64,000 nucleotides of DNA. It comes from Schmidtea nova (lineage: Eukaryota). Location: positions 405,480,001-405,544,000 of the forward strand of contig CM097882.1 in assembly GCA_044892505.1 (NCBI GenBank). Reading direction: 5' to 3'. Under the pieces are notes generated by a model. It did no database searches. It was not told where the DNA came from and was given only the letters and a program-made list of their open reading frames with translations. The translations under genes and the position numbers were made by a program. Positions 1 through 13,719 of the stretch are shown one piece after another. Positions within the stretch are counted from its first letter, which is position 1, and every line of letters begins with the position of its first letter.

Positions 1-440
1 GATTGTTGGGAGAAATAGTTTTCAACTCGAAATCCCGTGAGTTGCAAGTGTTTTAATTGCCACATTCGGTAGAATGTGAATTTGTGTATGTTGGAAAATT
101 GGAGCTTTAAAGTCGTCGGATGGATGCCCTGGAAACTATTTTCATCGAGATTTGTGATTGGAAAATTGATAATGATGGTTGGGAACCCACTGAAAACTTG
201 CAATCCGTGACTTTCTATTGCATCAATTATTTGGGATTTATTTGTTGATTCAAGCGTGACGGTTCGCGTTTGATAATTAATACGGATGATTGGATTTTGT
301 AATTCCAAATTCGAGTCTTTTGAACTGCACGTTAATTGATTCAACTGATTGACGTTACATCTCAGTTTTGTTTGAATTGATAGATAAAATATGTTTAAAT
401 GAGTTAATAAAATTATAAACTTTTTTAAAATCTCAACCAT
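1..440 (-). CDS. 5' part of a candidate host gene: signal-peptide-bearing, LRR-like extracellular protein, running off the window
   Basis: ATG at 440 opens a frame with no stop to base 1 (146 codons): MVEILKKFIILLTHLNIFYLSIQTKLRCNVNQLNQLTCSS...FPITNLDENSFQGIQSDDF. Hydrophobic N-terminus, Cys-cap-like segment and an LRR-like ITNLDENSFQGI. Not in the ORF track because the stop lies outside the window. Confidence 0.6.
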   Translation of the reverse strand, partial: MVEILKKFIILLTHLNIFYLSIQTKLRCNVNQLNQLTCSSKDSNLELQNPIIRINYQTRTVTLESTNKSQIIDAIESHGLQVFSGFPTIIINFPITNLDENSFQGIHPTTLKLQFSNIHKFTFYRMWQLKHLQLTGFRVENYFSQQ

Positions 441-971
441 TATAATTCCTTTAGAAATACTGACTACCTTATCGGTGTCTGAAAATCATTTTATTCGGAG
501 AAAAACACTTTGATCTAACCTGAATGCTTTTTTAGAAACTATTGAGAAAGATAAAAACAAAATTTTAAATTTGTTTTAAGATAATTGGTAAAGTTGTAAT
601 TTTTTTTACCGTGACCTTTGATCAATTTACGATTTGTTAATTTTTCGTTCTACTTAAACAATAGACCAAAAAGATTTCTTCATATACGACACATATTTTT
701 CATAATGTCTTTAAGTGTTATATATTTGAAAAAGGTAGTGTAAAAATTTGAATTGAATAGGAAAGAAACAATCTTTTCGATATATTGTTTGAAAAAAGTA
801 AAAACTTAAATTTAAAGTCAACAATTTGCATATTAACAATTGTGTAACTATAGATGAAAATTTATTTTAGTTGTTAGGTACACGATCTTTAGGCACCACC
901 TTTTACACACACTTGATAAAGGCTGTGCCGAAATATTGTGAATCTAACATCGAAAAAATGTTGATGTATAG

Positions 972-3356
972 CAGCGGTTTTTAAAACTTTTACTTCACGG
1001 ACCACGGATTAAAAGATCTGAAATCTGTGGACTACCGAATAGTTTCGATTGAACAAAAACTCAAATATTTATTTGATTCAATTTTAAATGCAAATTTAAC
1101 ATAAAATAAATTAAAATTTAATTTCCATTTCATGGTATTAGTTTTAAATATATAATTATTTGAACTTTATAAGAAAATATAATAAGTATATAAATTAAAT
1201 CTGTAAAATAATATAATGTTACTGATCTCTTAACCCTTAATAACCTAGAGTTTCAATTTTGATACCAATCTTTTAAACCTAATGTTCACATTACTATTAG
1301 TTTCTTATTTTTACTAGTGTATGTCATTATCCCAGTGTAAGGTCATACTGGTCAAACCTTACAAAGTTTGAACCCATAGCACAAACAATGAATCGCAACA
1401 GATTTGATAAAATTCGACAAATTTTTCACATGAATGACGACTCTAAACATTTGCCCATTGATCATCCCTAGCACGACCGACTGCATAAAATAAGACCAGT
1501 GATAGACTATTTGAACAAGAAATTTATTACTGTACCATTTGAGCATCGTTTATCACTAGACGAGCAAATGTGTTCCACTAAAATTAAACATTTTATGAAA
1601 CAATACTTACCCAACAAGCCCCATAAGTGGGGATTCAAATTATACGTTTTATGCTCTCTGTCTGGGTATGCCTACAGTTTTGAGATTTACTTAGGAGCTA
1701 AGGACATAGACCGTTTACCTGGCGAGCCAGACCTCGGAGCTGTATCAAATACAGTTATTCGATTGTTACGACCAGTACCAAGGCACGTCAATCATATAAC
1801 TTATTTTGCCAATTTTTATACGAATATTCCTCTGCTACATTACTTGACCAACGAAGGTATTTATTGTCTTGGAACAGTACAGAGAAACAGGCTTGGAAAG
1901 TCGTGCAAGTTGCCGGAGAAACGGGAAATTATGAAGTCTAAAGTACCCAGAGGAACATATCACGAAAATGTGGCCTCTCACGAAGGCCAAGAATTTTCGG
2001 CCACAAGTTGGAAAGACAACAAACAAGTACTATTACTTTCCACATATGTTGGCGCTGAACCAGCGGATACTATAACCCGCTAAGAAAAACAATTAAAGGC
2101 CAATGTTCAAGTATCATGTCCTCGGGTCATAAAAGAATATAATGCACACATGGGCGGCGTTGATTTGATGGATAGCTTTATTGGTCGATATCGCATCCGC
2201 ATAAAGTCGAGAAAGTGGACAACGAGGGGTACTATACAAAAAGGTAAACACAGTGAAAGGAAAACTTCAGAAGAACATTATGAAGTTAGCAGATTTTAGA
2301 ACTGAGCTTGCCGATACTTTATGTAGATATCAAAGTCACTCGAAAAATAAAAGGGGAAGACCCAGTACCGACAGTCGACAAGACACTACAGTACCTTCTA
2401 AAAAAACCCGGACAGGTGTACAAGTATTTCCCTCTACTGACGTGCGTTGCGATTGTATTGGTCATGAAAAAGTTTTTATGGATTTTAGAAATAAGTGTAA
2501 ATTTAATAATTGTAGGAAACTTACCTCCTGGTTCTATAAAAAGTGTAGTGTCGTTATGCGATAATAAAAACAATCAATGTTTCGCATTATATCATGCATA
2601 GGTATATCTGATTTCTTTATGGCCTTAATGCCTGAAGTATCAAAATTGATACCTGTTTTTTTCTAAATAAATATGTAAAATAAATATTGTGATTTTTTTA
2701 GCTATTTTTCCCTTCATCTAGGCCTTCAAGCAAACACAATAATATTAAAAAAAATCACTTTCGTAAATCAGGCTACTAAGGGTTAAATATAGTTTCACAT
2801 TTCTAGAATTACAATAAATAAAATATGATTATAATAATAATATGATTATTTAAATGAGATGGATGATGTTGCATTTCTGATGTCAATTTATTAATATCAG
2901 GTAAAATGCTTGATAATTGAATTCGAAGTTCTGTTTCTATATTTATTAATCTATTTCTATATTAATTTTTTAAATATACTAGTGTTGAAAATTCTTTTCC
3001 ATATAATATGTATAATGAAACGGCATTAAAATTTGTAATTCAATTTTTGATAAATTAGAATTTCGTTGTGATAAAAGTATTTCCCATAATTTTAGTTTTA
3101 GAATGATTGCATCAGTTTTATCTTCAACATCAAATAATGTGACATCAAATCCTTGCCAACTCAGATTAAGTAAGTTTAAATATGTGAATATGTCTGCCAA
3201 ATAGACTAAAATGGCTAAAATCAAAATAATTTCTTTTCATTACTAACACTGAAACTAATTTTAACAACATATTTAGTATGATTGTTTTACATCAATAATT
3301 TATTTCTTCGTGGACCACTTGAAAAGAGTCCGTGAAACACAGTTTAAAAACCGATG
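972..3356 (-). mobile_element. Internally deleted hAT (Buster/Charlie-type) DNA transposon containing a nested piggyBac
   Basis: TIRs CAGCGGTTTTTAAA (972) and TTTAAAAACCGATG (to 3356). 8-bp nnnTAnnn flanks ATGTATAG/ACCTATAG. Transposase remnants LVYLADIFTYLNLLNLSWQG (ORF 2979-3224) and IETELRIQLSSILPDINKL (~2885-2945). Confidence 0.8.
1234..2782 (+). mobile_element. piggyBac element, defective (N-terminal transposase deleted, stops and frameshifts)
   Basis: TTAA at 1230-1233 and 2783-2786. 13-bp TIRs CCCTTAATAACCT / AGGCTACTAAGGG. Subterminal IR TTTCAATTTTGATACC / GTATCAAAATTGA. Motifs LSLDEQM, KPHKWGFK, YFANFYT, YNAHMGGVD and a Cys-rich C-terminus. Confidence 0.92.
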
Positions 3357-3832
3357 ACCTATAGTCATAAAATTATAAATATGAAAATTATTAATTTTGA
3401 AAAAAGAGATCAAATGTGAAACTATAAGATAAAACTTTTTTTGTTGAAAAATATTAAGAGATGACCATAGATATGTCAAAACAAATCTATCATTAGATGG
3501 ATTATTAAATTAATTAAATGGAACTGACTCTAATTTGATGTTAAAATATTTTGTTGTATTTTGAAAAGAAGTAAAAAGAAAATTTAAATACATCAAAATT
3601 TGAAAGCAAATCAACTAAAAATGTTCAAAGTAAATCTGAATTCAAAAAAGAAATTTATATCCAAAAGATTAATTTAAATTTGCAAAAGCTTAAAATTAAT
3701 ATTTTAAGAGAAAAGGTATGAGTTAGTTGCAAGCGAAAAGTTAAAAAGGTGCATAATAATTTTAAATCAACTGAGAGATTTTCAGGCAATGCAATTGAAA
3801 AATTACAAACTAATTAATTAAAATAATATATA

Positions 3833-6800
3833 GTTTTCGACCCATACGCAATAACTCTCTCCTTCCCATCTTGGATTTGAGACAGGACGGCCCCTATTGA
3901 ATCGTTAGACGCGTCTGTGTCTAAAACGTAGTATCCATCTGTAGTTGGTAATTATAGTAAAGCCTGTCTTAATCTCTCGAACGATCCTTGTCTTTCCTCC
4001 GTCCATTTAAATTTGTTTTCTGTTCGAAGCATTTCGTTTAAAGGTTCTGTCGTCTTAACGTAGCCTTTAATGAAGTTTCTGTAATATCCCGTCATCCCTT
4101 GAAATTTCCTTAGCTCTTTCTGACACATTGGCTTCTTATATTCCCTTATCGCTTTGGTTTTGTCTGGGTCCGTCTGTATTCCTTCTTCGTTTAAAATGTG
4201 TCCCATATATCTTACCTCGTTTTATAGTAAGTGGCATTTCTCCGGTGATAATTTTAGTCCCGCTTCTCTCATCTTCTGTAGTACTCTATCTAATCTTTCG
4301 TTGTGTTCTTCAATTGTTTTCCCGAATACCAGAATATCGTCCAAATATATCACACAGTTAATCCAGTTCTCTCCTCTTAAGACTACGTTCATTATTCTTT
4401 GAAATGTTGCTGGTGCGGCACATAATCCGAATGGCATTCTTGTGAACTCGTATTGGCCGAATCTCGTGCTGAATGCTGTTTTCCTTATATCCTCTTCTGC
4501 AATTGGAATTTGATAGTATCCACTGGACATATCTAATGTGGAAAAGAATTTTGCGTTTCCGATCGTATCAAAGAATTCGTTTGCTGATGGTATTGGAAAT
4601 ATTGCTCTTTCTGTTTTTGCGTTTAAAGCTCTGTAGTCGATGCACATTTTCATATCCCCATTCTTTTTTTTAGTTACCACTATGGGAAAGTTCCATTGTG
4701 GACTGCTTTCTCTAATAATTGCCGCTTCTTCTAATTCTGTAATGTATCTTCTCACATCTTCCTCCAATCCCCTTGGTATCCTTCTATTTTTGAATGCTAT
4801 TGGTGTTGTTTTCCCCGTTTCTATAGTGTGTTGTCCCACATTTGTCTTCACAATATCTATTTTGTAACTACTGAATACATCTTTGTTCTGCCATAAAATT
4901 TATGTAATCTTCTGTTTTTCTGTTATTGTTAATCTATCGTCTAGCTTATTTATCAACCCTTTCACAATTCTGTCTATATTTCTCTTTTCTTTGTTTTGGT
5001 CGATTGTTGACAATTTCATCAACGTGTTATTTTCCCCCTCCTTGTCCGTCCATTCTTCCGCTTCTCCCAGTGTTGTTCCTGTATGTAGACTTTTCACTCC
5101 TCCTTCTTGAATATTTATTCGGACCCAAATCAATCCCTCGGAACATGTTGCTAGTCCGTCTGCTACCAGTATACCTCTTTCCTCCATCTTGCCTTTGTTT
5201 CCTGTAAATAAACAATTAGTTACTTCTTCCTTTATCCTCTCGTTCTCTTTATCTACTATCAACCCTTTGAGCCAATACTCTCCCTCTCCATTCAATGTCA
5301 CATTTTCTGCTACCACTACTTTTCTCGTTTTTTCTTCCGTCCCTTTAACTAGTCTTCCCATTCCTGGACGCCTTGGAGTGGTCTTTAACAGTTTAAAGAC
5401 GATGGTATTATGTTTTGGATAGAAATGGAATTTGAATACCCTTTACCTCAATACAGTCTTCTGCCGGTTTCATTATTACTCCCAGTTCTTTCATGCATCT
5501 GAGTCCGATATACGCATGTGGGAATACCCCATTCATTATTTCGAATTTGTGTTTGGTCGTCCTTGGACCCAAACTCAGTGATAATACTAATTGTCCTCGG
5601 CTTTTTCATTTACTTCCGCCTGCATAGGCTACTCTAACGTTTGAATCCCTGACTTCTATTGTCGAATCTTGTAATATTATTTTCTCTGCTAGTTCCTCGC
5701 TAATGATATTCAGATCTGCTCCTGTATCGAATAGTGCTTTAACTTCTTCTCCTTGGATTTTGCAACAAATGATTGGCTTGTTGGTTGCCCTTTCCGATCT
5801 TCTTTGCGATATTACTGTTGTGGCTTTTTTTATATTTTTTCCTTTGGTTTGTCGCCATTACCTCCGATAAACTGTGCCCACTTCTCTTCCATTGTTAGCT
5901 TACTTTTCTTTGTCTTCTTTTCTTTTTGTGTAATCGCTTTCATAATTCGTTCTGATTGGTCGTCTTCTTCGTATTCGTTATCTGAACTTGTCTTTTGTAC
6001 GGATACTTCTTCTAATTGTCGTACTCTTCTATAATCGTCCCTCTTATTTGAGCATTCTCTACTTATATGTCCCTTTTTATTACAATTAAAACATGCTACC
6101 TTTTCTCAATACTCTTGGCAATTGCTCGATATGTCCTGTTTTCTTACATCGGAAACATCTTTCGTTCTTCTTTTCTTCGCAGAAACGTGCAATGTGACCG
6201 ATTTTGCCGCAATTGTAACATTCCACTTGTTGTTCATTGTGGAATTCTTTTCTTCTTCTATCTTGGTTATTCGGTTCTTTCAAATTTTTTATAATTTCCT
6301 GAAGTCTCTGAATCTCTTCTCTTAATTCTTGTAACTCCAATGTAGCATTTTTATCTACCCACATTTGTCTACCGTTGTTGTTTCCTTTCGCTTAATTAAT
6401 TCCTTTCGCTTAATTAATTCCTTTCCCGTCTCTCCATGCATTATAGCTCTCTTCTCGTAGTTGTGATAATCTGTATTCTGGAATTTTCTTTCTGGTCATC
6501 TTTTTCCGTTATTAGTTCGACAGCTTATTCTATGGTTTTGGGCCGCAATATTTTCAATGTCTTTCTCATGATTTCACTTTTTAAACCTTCTCTAAAGATC
6601 ATTAATTTTATTCTGTTTCGATCTTCTTTTGTGTCTTTCGTCGCTCTTTTTACCCGTCTACTGAAATCTACTATCGTCTCTCCTTCGTCCCGTTTCGTCG
6701 ATAGGAAAATTTTAACCTTCTTGGCTCTTGACTCCTTTATTGGGAACATTTCTGTTAATGTTTTTGTGTACCACTCTACTGTGTTGTTTTCTTCTCCATA

Positions 6801-7060
6801 CGTACTTTTTGATTCAACCTCGAATAAAATTTCTGGATCGAAATGTCTTCTTAATAATCTAACTTTGTATGCCTCTTTCATCTCGAAGATCGCAAAAAAG
6901 GATGTTATATTCTCGAGATGTGTCCTCACATCCCTTTTACACTTCCTTTTGTATAGATATAGGGATCCCTCTATCTCTTGTGCCAATAGATTTTTGGCAA
7001 ATGAATTGGCAGACGTAGCTGCTCGTGACGCCATGTTATATATCTATAGACGAATTAACC
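3833..7060 (-). mobile_element. Ty3/Gypsy retrotransposon fragment (gag, zinc knuckles, protease, RT, partial RNase H; no integrase or LTRs)
   Basis: Gag 6525-7034; CX2CX4HX4C knuckles in 6086-6364; protease ALFDTGAD at ~5720-5745; RT 4222-4851 with MPFGL and YLDD; RNase H DTDAS..IGAVLSQ..ERVIAYGSK ending ~3833. Several stops and frameshifts. Confidence 0.92.
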
Positions 7061-8424
7061 AAATTAAATAAGTAAATTACCACAATTCGAAAATAATAAT
7101 ATTAAATAAGTAAATTGCCACAATTCGAAAATTATATTTATCTACAAAATAATATTCAAACAATTTTTATAATTCATTATATTAAAGCGAATTTTAATAT
7201 TATTAATTCACATATAACATCTTCAAAAATATTCATCCATAATCAATAAATCTGATTTCAATAAGAAATATGTTAAATAATTTACTATAGAAATTTATAT
7301 TTTCTTTGTGATTTGCAAAGGAGTGGGAGTAAAATAATAACAACAGTAATATGAATAATAAACAAAAATAAATTTTATATATTTTCTATAAATCCTAATA
7401 GAATTTGACAAATTTAAAATAATTTATAAAAATAAAATAAAAACATTTAATTTTAGTTTACTATATTAGAAATGCTTGTGTTTTAGTACAGTGTTATTTA
7501 TTTAATATATTTATCGGCGGCCATTTTAGATCATGACTAATTGAAAATAAATTTTTAGTACTTACCAGCATTTATTATTTATTATCGTAGCTACATATTT
7601 AATGAAATTATTATCTCTTCCGAATCCATTAATTATTGTCTATTTATGTCGAAATAAAATTCGTGTAATTTTTAGATAAAAATAATTATTTATAACTAAT
7701 TTATGTAAAAGTTGATGCTCACTTTCAATCTGTTTGTTAGGCTAAGATTTAAAATATTATCTTTCAGTACTAAACTCGACTGTAAATATATTTTCCTTAT
7801 TTATAAAAATAATTTCCGTTGAGAGGGTTTTTTATAAATTGTGCAGCTGGTAATTTGGACAAAATATCTCTTTCATGTCGGTAAATAAATGCAGATCAAG
7901 AAAAACTTGTCTGTGAGACAAAATATTATCCCTTTTCAATTATAATGGTATATATGCAAATATATTGTTATTTATTAGCAGTTAATCTTTGTAAATTTAA
8001 TATTCAACTAATTGATATGCCTTTTATAAATGTTTGATTATAGAGGGAAAATTTTATTAAGTGAATACTGATAACAGAAGTAGATTAAGGTCGGTTAACG
8101 CCCAGGGCGCAGAAAAAAATGTTGGGCCCCTAAAAAAATCGAGAAAATTAAAATACTTGTTAACCATATTTTTAAATAAACAAAAATTATTATGTGCTGT
8201 TAATATTTGATTTCCAATAAAATTTCAATATTATATATATATGTGTATGTGTGTTTAATTATTGGGTTGTTGGTTAAATATAATTTTGCCAATTAATTAT
8301 GAGTCCAAGTGTGTTTTATTTGACACACAAAATAACAATTTTCAGACAATACAAATCTTTATTGATTATCACAAATGGCTACATAGATAACAATGCCAGT
8401 ACCAATTCAATATCACCACAGGTT

Positions 8425-8625
8425 ACTTATTACAGTGCTTATTACGACATTTCTTGAAGAATAGCACTAGTATATGATACCTAAAATTTACGATCACTGA
8501 CTACTGACTTGGATTCAACAGACAGTTAATCAACCTGTTGGTTCTCTTGCTTTGATTTGGTAGTTTACTCGATAGAGTTCGACTTCTTTTTTACAAGATT
8601 AATTCTTGTTTTAATATAGCGCTTA
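8425..8625 (-). mobile_element. Dispersed repeat, probable 3' remnant of a Penelope-like element (second copy at ~40570-40800)
   Basis: Clear nucleotide similarity to 40570-40730. The minus strand reads ALY(I)KTRINLV..KKEVELYRVNYQIKAR, resembling a GIY-YIG C-terminus. Family assignment is tentative. Confidence 0.4.
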
Positions 8626-9399
8626 TTATAGTGAAAACAAAATGCATTGAAAAAGTTGGTAAAACAGCCAATTCTTCAAATTTTCTCAATAGAAAAAATT
8701 AAAAAAGTACTGGATGATATTCAAGATTGTTCTGGAGCGCGTAACCTTAATGCTATTGACAGTAATAATCAGAGAGGCAATGAAATGTGTAAATCAGTCA
8801 AGAAAAATCAACAATATATTATTTGAATGAAAGATGCATAATTTTGAAAGTGGTGGATAATAGTGATTTTATGAGACTTTTGTCGTGATTATCAATTTTT
8901 AGATGCTGAATTTGATTTTTGAAAGATCAGACAACAGTTCTCCGGTAGTTGATGAACTTCAATACAAAGATTTGATCATTTTTGATCTTGGATTAGCAAT
9001 TATTAACATTTCTTTTAAACAAAATTATTGTCCATAAAACTGTCTTTGGATGTTTTCAAATCATTCATAACAATTATGATTACGAAGACCGACAAAAGTG
9101 TCAAATATACCTCAGTCTAATCTTGGTGACAAATTATTTTACTGTAATTTCTTTATAAGATTTTTGCAACAGTTTTAGCTAGTAATTTGACTTTTGGTTA
9201 AAAACCAATAATATACTCCATATTGAACAAAAAGGAGATTCAATTCACACGGCCGATGAACATAATAACCATTGTATTGTCTTGAACACTCGAAATATAA
9301 TAAAGGTAGTCATATTGCAATTGCATGGTTTGATATTAAAGACTTAAATTAAATTTCCATCTATTTTATTTGTTTCATGTTCATTATTCTCTTTCATTG

Positions 9400-10480
9400 A
9401 TACATTCACTCATTTTCAAGATATTTCCCAGTGGAAAAGTTTACTAATAAATTACTTTTCAGGGGGATTACCTACATTTAAACATTTAAAGAATTAACCC
9501 ACTTTTTAAATGAATTTCCATCATTTTTGGAATAATTCATCATTTAAGAGTTATTTACCCTCTTTTTAGCCTCATTTAAATGATATTCATCAATGAAAAA
9601 ATTAAGCAATTACTGATAAATTACCCTATTTGTATTATGTATCCTTATTTGAATGATAAATATCCAGTGATTTTGATGATTGAAGTTTGAATAGATTACT
9701 ATTTTAGTAGATCTTAACAACCTTTGATAATATAACCACACTTTTGAATGAATTCACTGTTTAAGAAATAACCCTTTTTTAAATGATTTTACCCATTTTA
9801 ATGGATAACTTCCTTGATTGAATCAACACACCTTTTTCATAGAAATAACATGTTTCAATGGACTTATCATTTTTGTAAATTTCCACATGTTTTTAATAAA
9901 TTACTTCTTTAACACATTTGATTCAATTAACAAACTTTTGAATGATATTTCCTGATGGAAATTAACTCTTTTCTAATAGATTACTCCTTTTGAACCGATT
10001 TCTCTCATTTTTAGCCCCCCTTGAATGATAAATACATTGATGATTCACAAATTTAAACAGGCTACTTCTTTGTATTAGATTCAATTGAACTTAAAGAATT
10101 AATCTCCTTTGTTGAATAAGTTGCTTACTTTCTTGTAAATTTCTCCTTCATGATCAGATATCCTAAATAAATTTACCTTTAAAGAATTAACCATTTAAAT
10201 CCTTCAAGATAAGCATATTTTTCAAATGAATTTACTTCATCGTATTAGTCTTCAATGGAAATTTAATAGAATTTTGATGCCCCCTTTTAATATTTTCAAA
10301 TAAACTAACGATTTAATAAAATAGTCATTTTCTATTTATAATTCTTTCACTTTGAATGAAATGATACAATATATTATCACAATGTAGAAACTCTTCAATT
10401 CACTCAGTTTTATAAGAAATAACTAATCATATATCTCCAACATATTCACATACAGATCAATACATTCAGGGAAAATAATG
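9400..10480. repeat. Highly degenerate short-period (~15-18 bp) repeat tract
   Basis: Recurring AATTAACCC/ATTACTCC-TTTT-AATGA-like units; no long ORF in the track. Confidence 0.4.
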
Positions 10481-11016
10481 ACTTTTATTCATGAAATCAC
10501 TCATTCGATAACTAGTTCTTTCATTAATTCACTCTTTTCATACCAAGGTTGAGATAATAAAGTTCTGATACTATGGTTCTGCTACTGGATAAAAATATAA
10601 AAATAATGGCATATAAGTGAAAACACATTTTGAAGCTTTTGCATGTAAAAACCATAAAAATGATTCTGCTGGTAAAGGTTCTGCTTGAAAGAATCTGCTA
10701 CTAAAGGTTCTTCTTGAAAGGTTCTGCTTGAAAGGTTCTGCAACTGGATGAAATTGATGAAAATTTCGGAAAGTGTCTTTGAAATATATTTTAGAAACAA
10801 ATGTTTTGAAGCGTCAAAAACAATAATAGAATGATTTTCGTCATCTTCTTTTCAATGGTTTGTTTCCCTTTCAATAGATGAATCCTTTTTCAATTGACTA
10901 TCTCACTTTCAATGAATTAACCTCTTTTCAGTGGAACTTACCATTTATGTATTTTATTTAATAAATTCATCATTTGAATGAATGTCCCATAAAAGACTTA
11001 TTTTACTCTTTAAAGG

Positions 11017-11230
11017 CTTGTGAAACCAATAATTAATTTATTATTGAGGGATTTGAAAAATTTAAAAAGAATGGCGATATCAAATTTCTCAATCGATGTC
11101 AAAAGTTCATCAATTATTGAAAATGATTGGCTCCCATTTTCCAAAGAAATGAAATTATCTGTAACCTTGTTTAAAATAAATAATTTATTTAAATATATTT
11201 AAAACAAACTGTATTTGTTTCTTTATTCAT
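11017..11230 (-). pseudogene. 5' fragment of the spliced RING cargo gene
   Basis: Exon 1 11210-11230 (MNKETNT), GT..AG intron 11166-11209 (44 nt), then VTDNFISLENGSQSFSIIDELLTSIEKFDIAILFKFFKSLNNKLIIGFT. Homologous to 58584-58800. Confidence 0.65.
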
Positions 11231-12484
11231 TTACGTCGATCAATACTATTTGCAAGTTGCATTTATATTGCACAAAAAAAACAAATCATTTTAATGATCA
11301 ATCAATTAATATGATAAGTATATTAAAAATAAGGTGACAATGTATTTGTTATTAGAAATATGTTCGAGGCTTGAAAGATAGAAACCATCACAAAATAGGT
11401 TTTACTTGCAATGTTTTGTTACTAAAGGTTCTGCTTACAAGGTTCTGTCACTATGATAAATATAAGTAAGTAAATTCATGAAAATCTATCACACAATATT
11501 AAAAAGAAAATACATCAAACATACACAAAGAATATAATCACATGCATGAAACATTTAAGATTAAAATGCATCATATACACAAAATATTAAAAATACATAA
11601 ACGTTATCATGCAGACACTAGAAATACAGACAATAATAATTACAAAAAGCAATATTTATATACAATAGTATAATTACATCAATATTATACAAACATACAC
11701 GAAATATCAAATATATAAAAATTTATCATACACATCACATGAAATATCATCACATTAAATATCGTCATGCTATATTGAAATATACACACAAAATATCAAA
11801 AATATCTATAACATTTCATCATACACGTGAAATATCATCACAAATTATTATCATAAAACATTAAAAATACATAAAACTTTATCATACACACTAAATATAC
11901 AGACAACAATCTTCAAAAAAAGAATATTATCTATTATGCAGAGATATACGCAAAAGATTATCACATGCATGAAATATTATACTATAGTGCGAAAATACAA
12001 ACAAAATATCAAAGTACATCATACACACATACACAAAGTATCATCACAAAGTATCATCACAAAGTATCATTACATATATGAAATATCATCAGACTATAAT
12101 GCAAAATGCACACAAAATATTAAAAATACATTAAGCACACGCAAAATATCAAATATATATCATTACATACATGAAATATCATAATACTACAGTGCAATTA
12201 CAAGAAATTACACACAAAATATCATCACATATATGAAATATTATCACATTATATTATCATACTTTAGTGAGATAACATAGAAAATCATCAAAATACACAA
12301 AATATCATAATACATAGTAAATCATCACTTACAAAATATCATTACATATATGAAATATTATTAAACAAAGGATTATCTCATGCACAAAATATTATTATAC
12401 TATAATATAAAATACGTACATAATTTCAAAATTACATAAATATACAGCATACACACAAAATATCATCAAATATATGAAATATCA

Positions 12485-13201
12485 TCACACGATATCTTTA
12501 TGTACAAAGAAAATCATCAAAATTACACACAAAATATCAAAACGTACATCATACACATGGAACGATATCATGTTATTAATTTCATTGTTTATTAATTCTA
12601 ATGAGGTAAATTTGAGCGTTTTGGAATATTTATTATTGAATAAGACCATACGGTTTATGAAAATAGAATGTCTGTATATAAATATTGTCCTTTCCCGGGA
12701 TAATTTCAATTGAGACAGATCCTGGGGAGTTGTCGCAACATAGCAAGATTTTACTGACAAGTATTTATTATTATCATCATCGCGAATGGTACAATAATCA
12801 TCTTCTTTATCCGTTGAGAGAAATCCTTTTCTTATATTTGTTAGAGTTAAATAATCGGAAGGTTGAAATGTTATGTTAGGGAATTGTTCCAAAATCTCAA
12901 TTGGTTCAGGAACACCAATTACGGTCAAAGTTCCGGGTAAAATCCATAAACACGTATCATTAGGAATGATATTTAAATTAACATAACCAACGTTGATAAA
13001 AATTGTAAAATTTGCTTCATTACTGTTATTATAAAAGGTGCATTGAAATGTATAAAAAGCAGATAGTTTGGCGAACGACAAATCTCTTCTGTTCTTAACA
13101 TATATAGTTTTTTCAAAATTGTAGATTTTACATTGACTATCGATAATTATACCAGTTTCCACATGGACAAATTTTGTTTTGATAACATATGTATTGAGCA
13201 T
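12485..13201 (-). CDS. Orphan 238-aa ORF, unknown function, inside the Polinton-like relic
   Basis: Intact ATG-started ORF in very AT-rich DNA. No recognised motif; the last ~25 aa run into the low-complexity tract. Confidence 0.5.
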   Translation of the reverse strand: MLNTYVIKTKFVHVETGIIIDSQCKIYNFEKTIYVKNRRDLSFAKLSAFYTFQCTFYNNSNEANFTIFINVGYVNLNIIPNDTCLWILPGTLTVIGVPEPIEILEQFPNITFQPSDYLTLTNIRKGFLSTDKEDDYCTIRDDDNNKYLSVKSCYVATTPQDLSQLKLSRERTIFIYRHSIFINRMVLFNNKYSKTLKFTSLELINNEINNMISFHVYDVRFDILCVILMIFFVHKDIV

Positions 13202-13719
13202 TGTAAAGTATATTTTATAAATAAAATTCGTAAAACTCTGACAAGTGCTAACTAATATATATTTTTTAAATTTTATTGTGCGTGGTATCCGCTAACATAA
13301 TTTTTTAAACAACATTTTACAACTCATACTCTAATTTATAAAAATAACAAAATATTCAGTATTACAAAATTTTTACATAGATAATTACACAACATTAAAT
13401 ATAAATAAGACAAGGCATTAAATGATTATAACATCTCTAATCAAAGTATATAATATTATTATCAACAAACATATTAGTTTATTTAATCAAAATTAGTAAT
13501 TATTAAATTAAACACATACAGTTAAAAAATATCCAAACATTACTAACGAGAGCTATTATGGTGTATAAAATATACAATGAAACAACAAATACATCGACAT
13601 AATAATAAAAACTATAAAACACTCTTTGATTGAATGGAAATGCTGTGACCACAGAACATTATATTACTCCCCATCCAGTAACGCGGAGCGTTTTAAAAAA
13701 AAATTTTAGAAGTGTTAAC

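Larger units (their letters stand above)
10560..13300 (-). mobile_element. Diverged relic of the Polinton-associated region seen at 51.0-54.2 kb
   Basis: Shares three features with 51040-53300: the 5' half of the RING cargo gene (11017-11230), GTTCTG modules (10561-10750, 11383-11455) and the A/C-rich AAATATCATCACA tract (11480-12560). Confidence 0.7.

Noticed and set aside
6436-7071. 211-aa plus-strand ORF and similar antisense ORFs (17454, 28234, 50769, 58648)
   Set aside because: Antisense shadows of the real coding frames.
8075-8135. hAT-like MITE end, and a Harbinger-like end at ~34500-34590
   Set aside because: No partner terminus or TSD could be identified.
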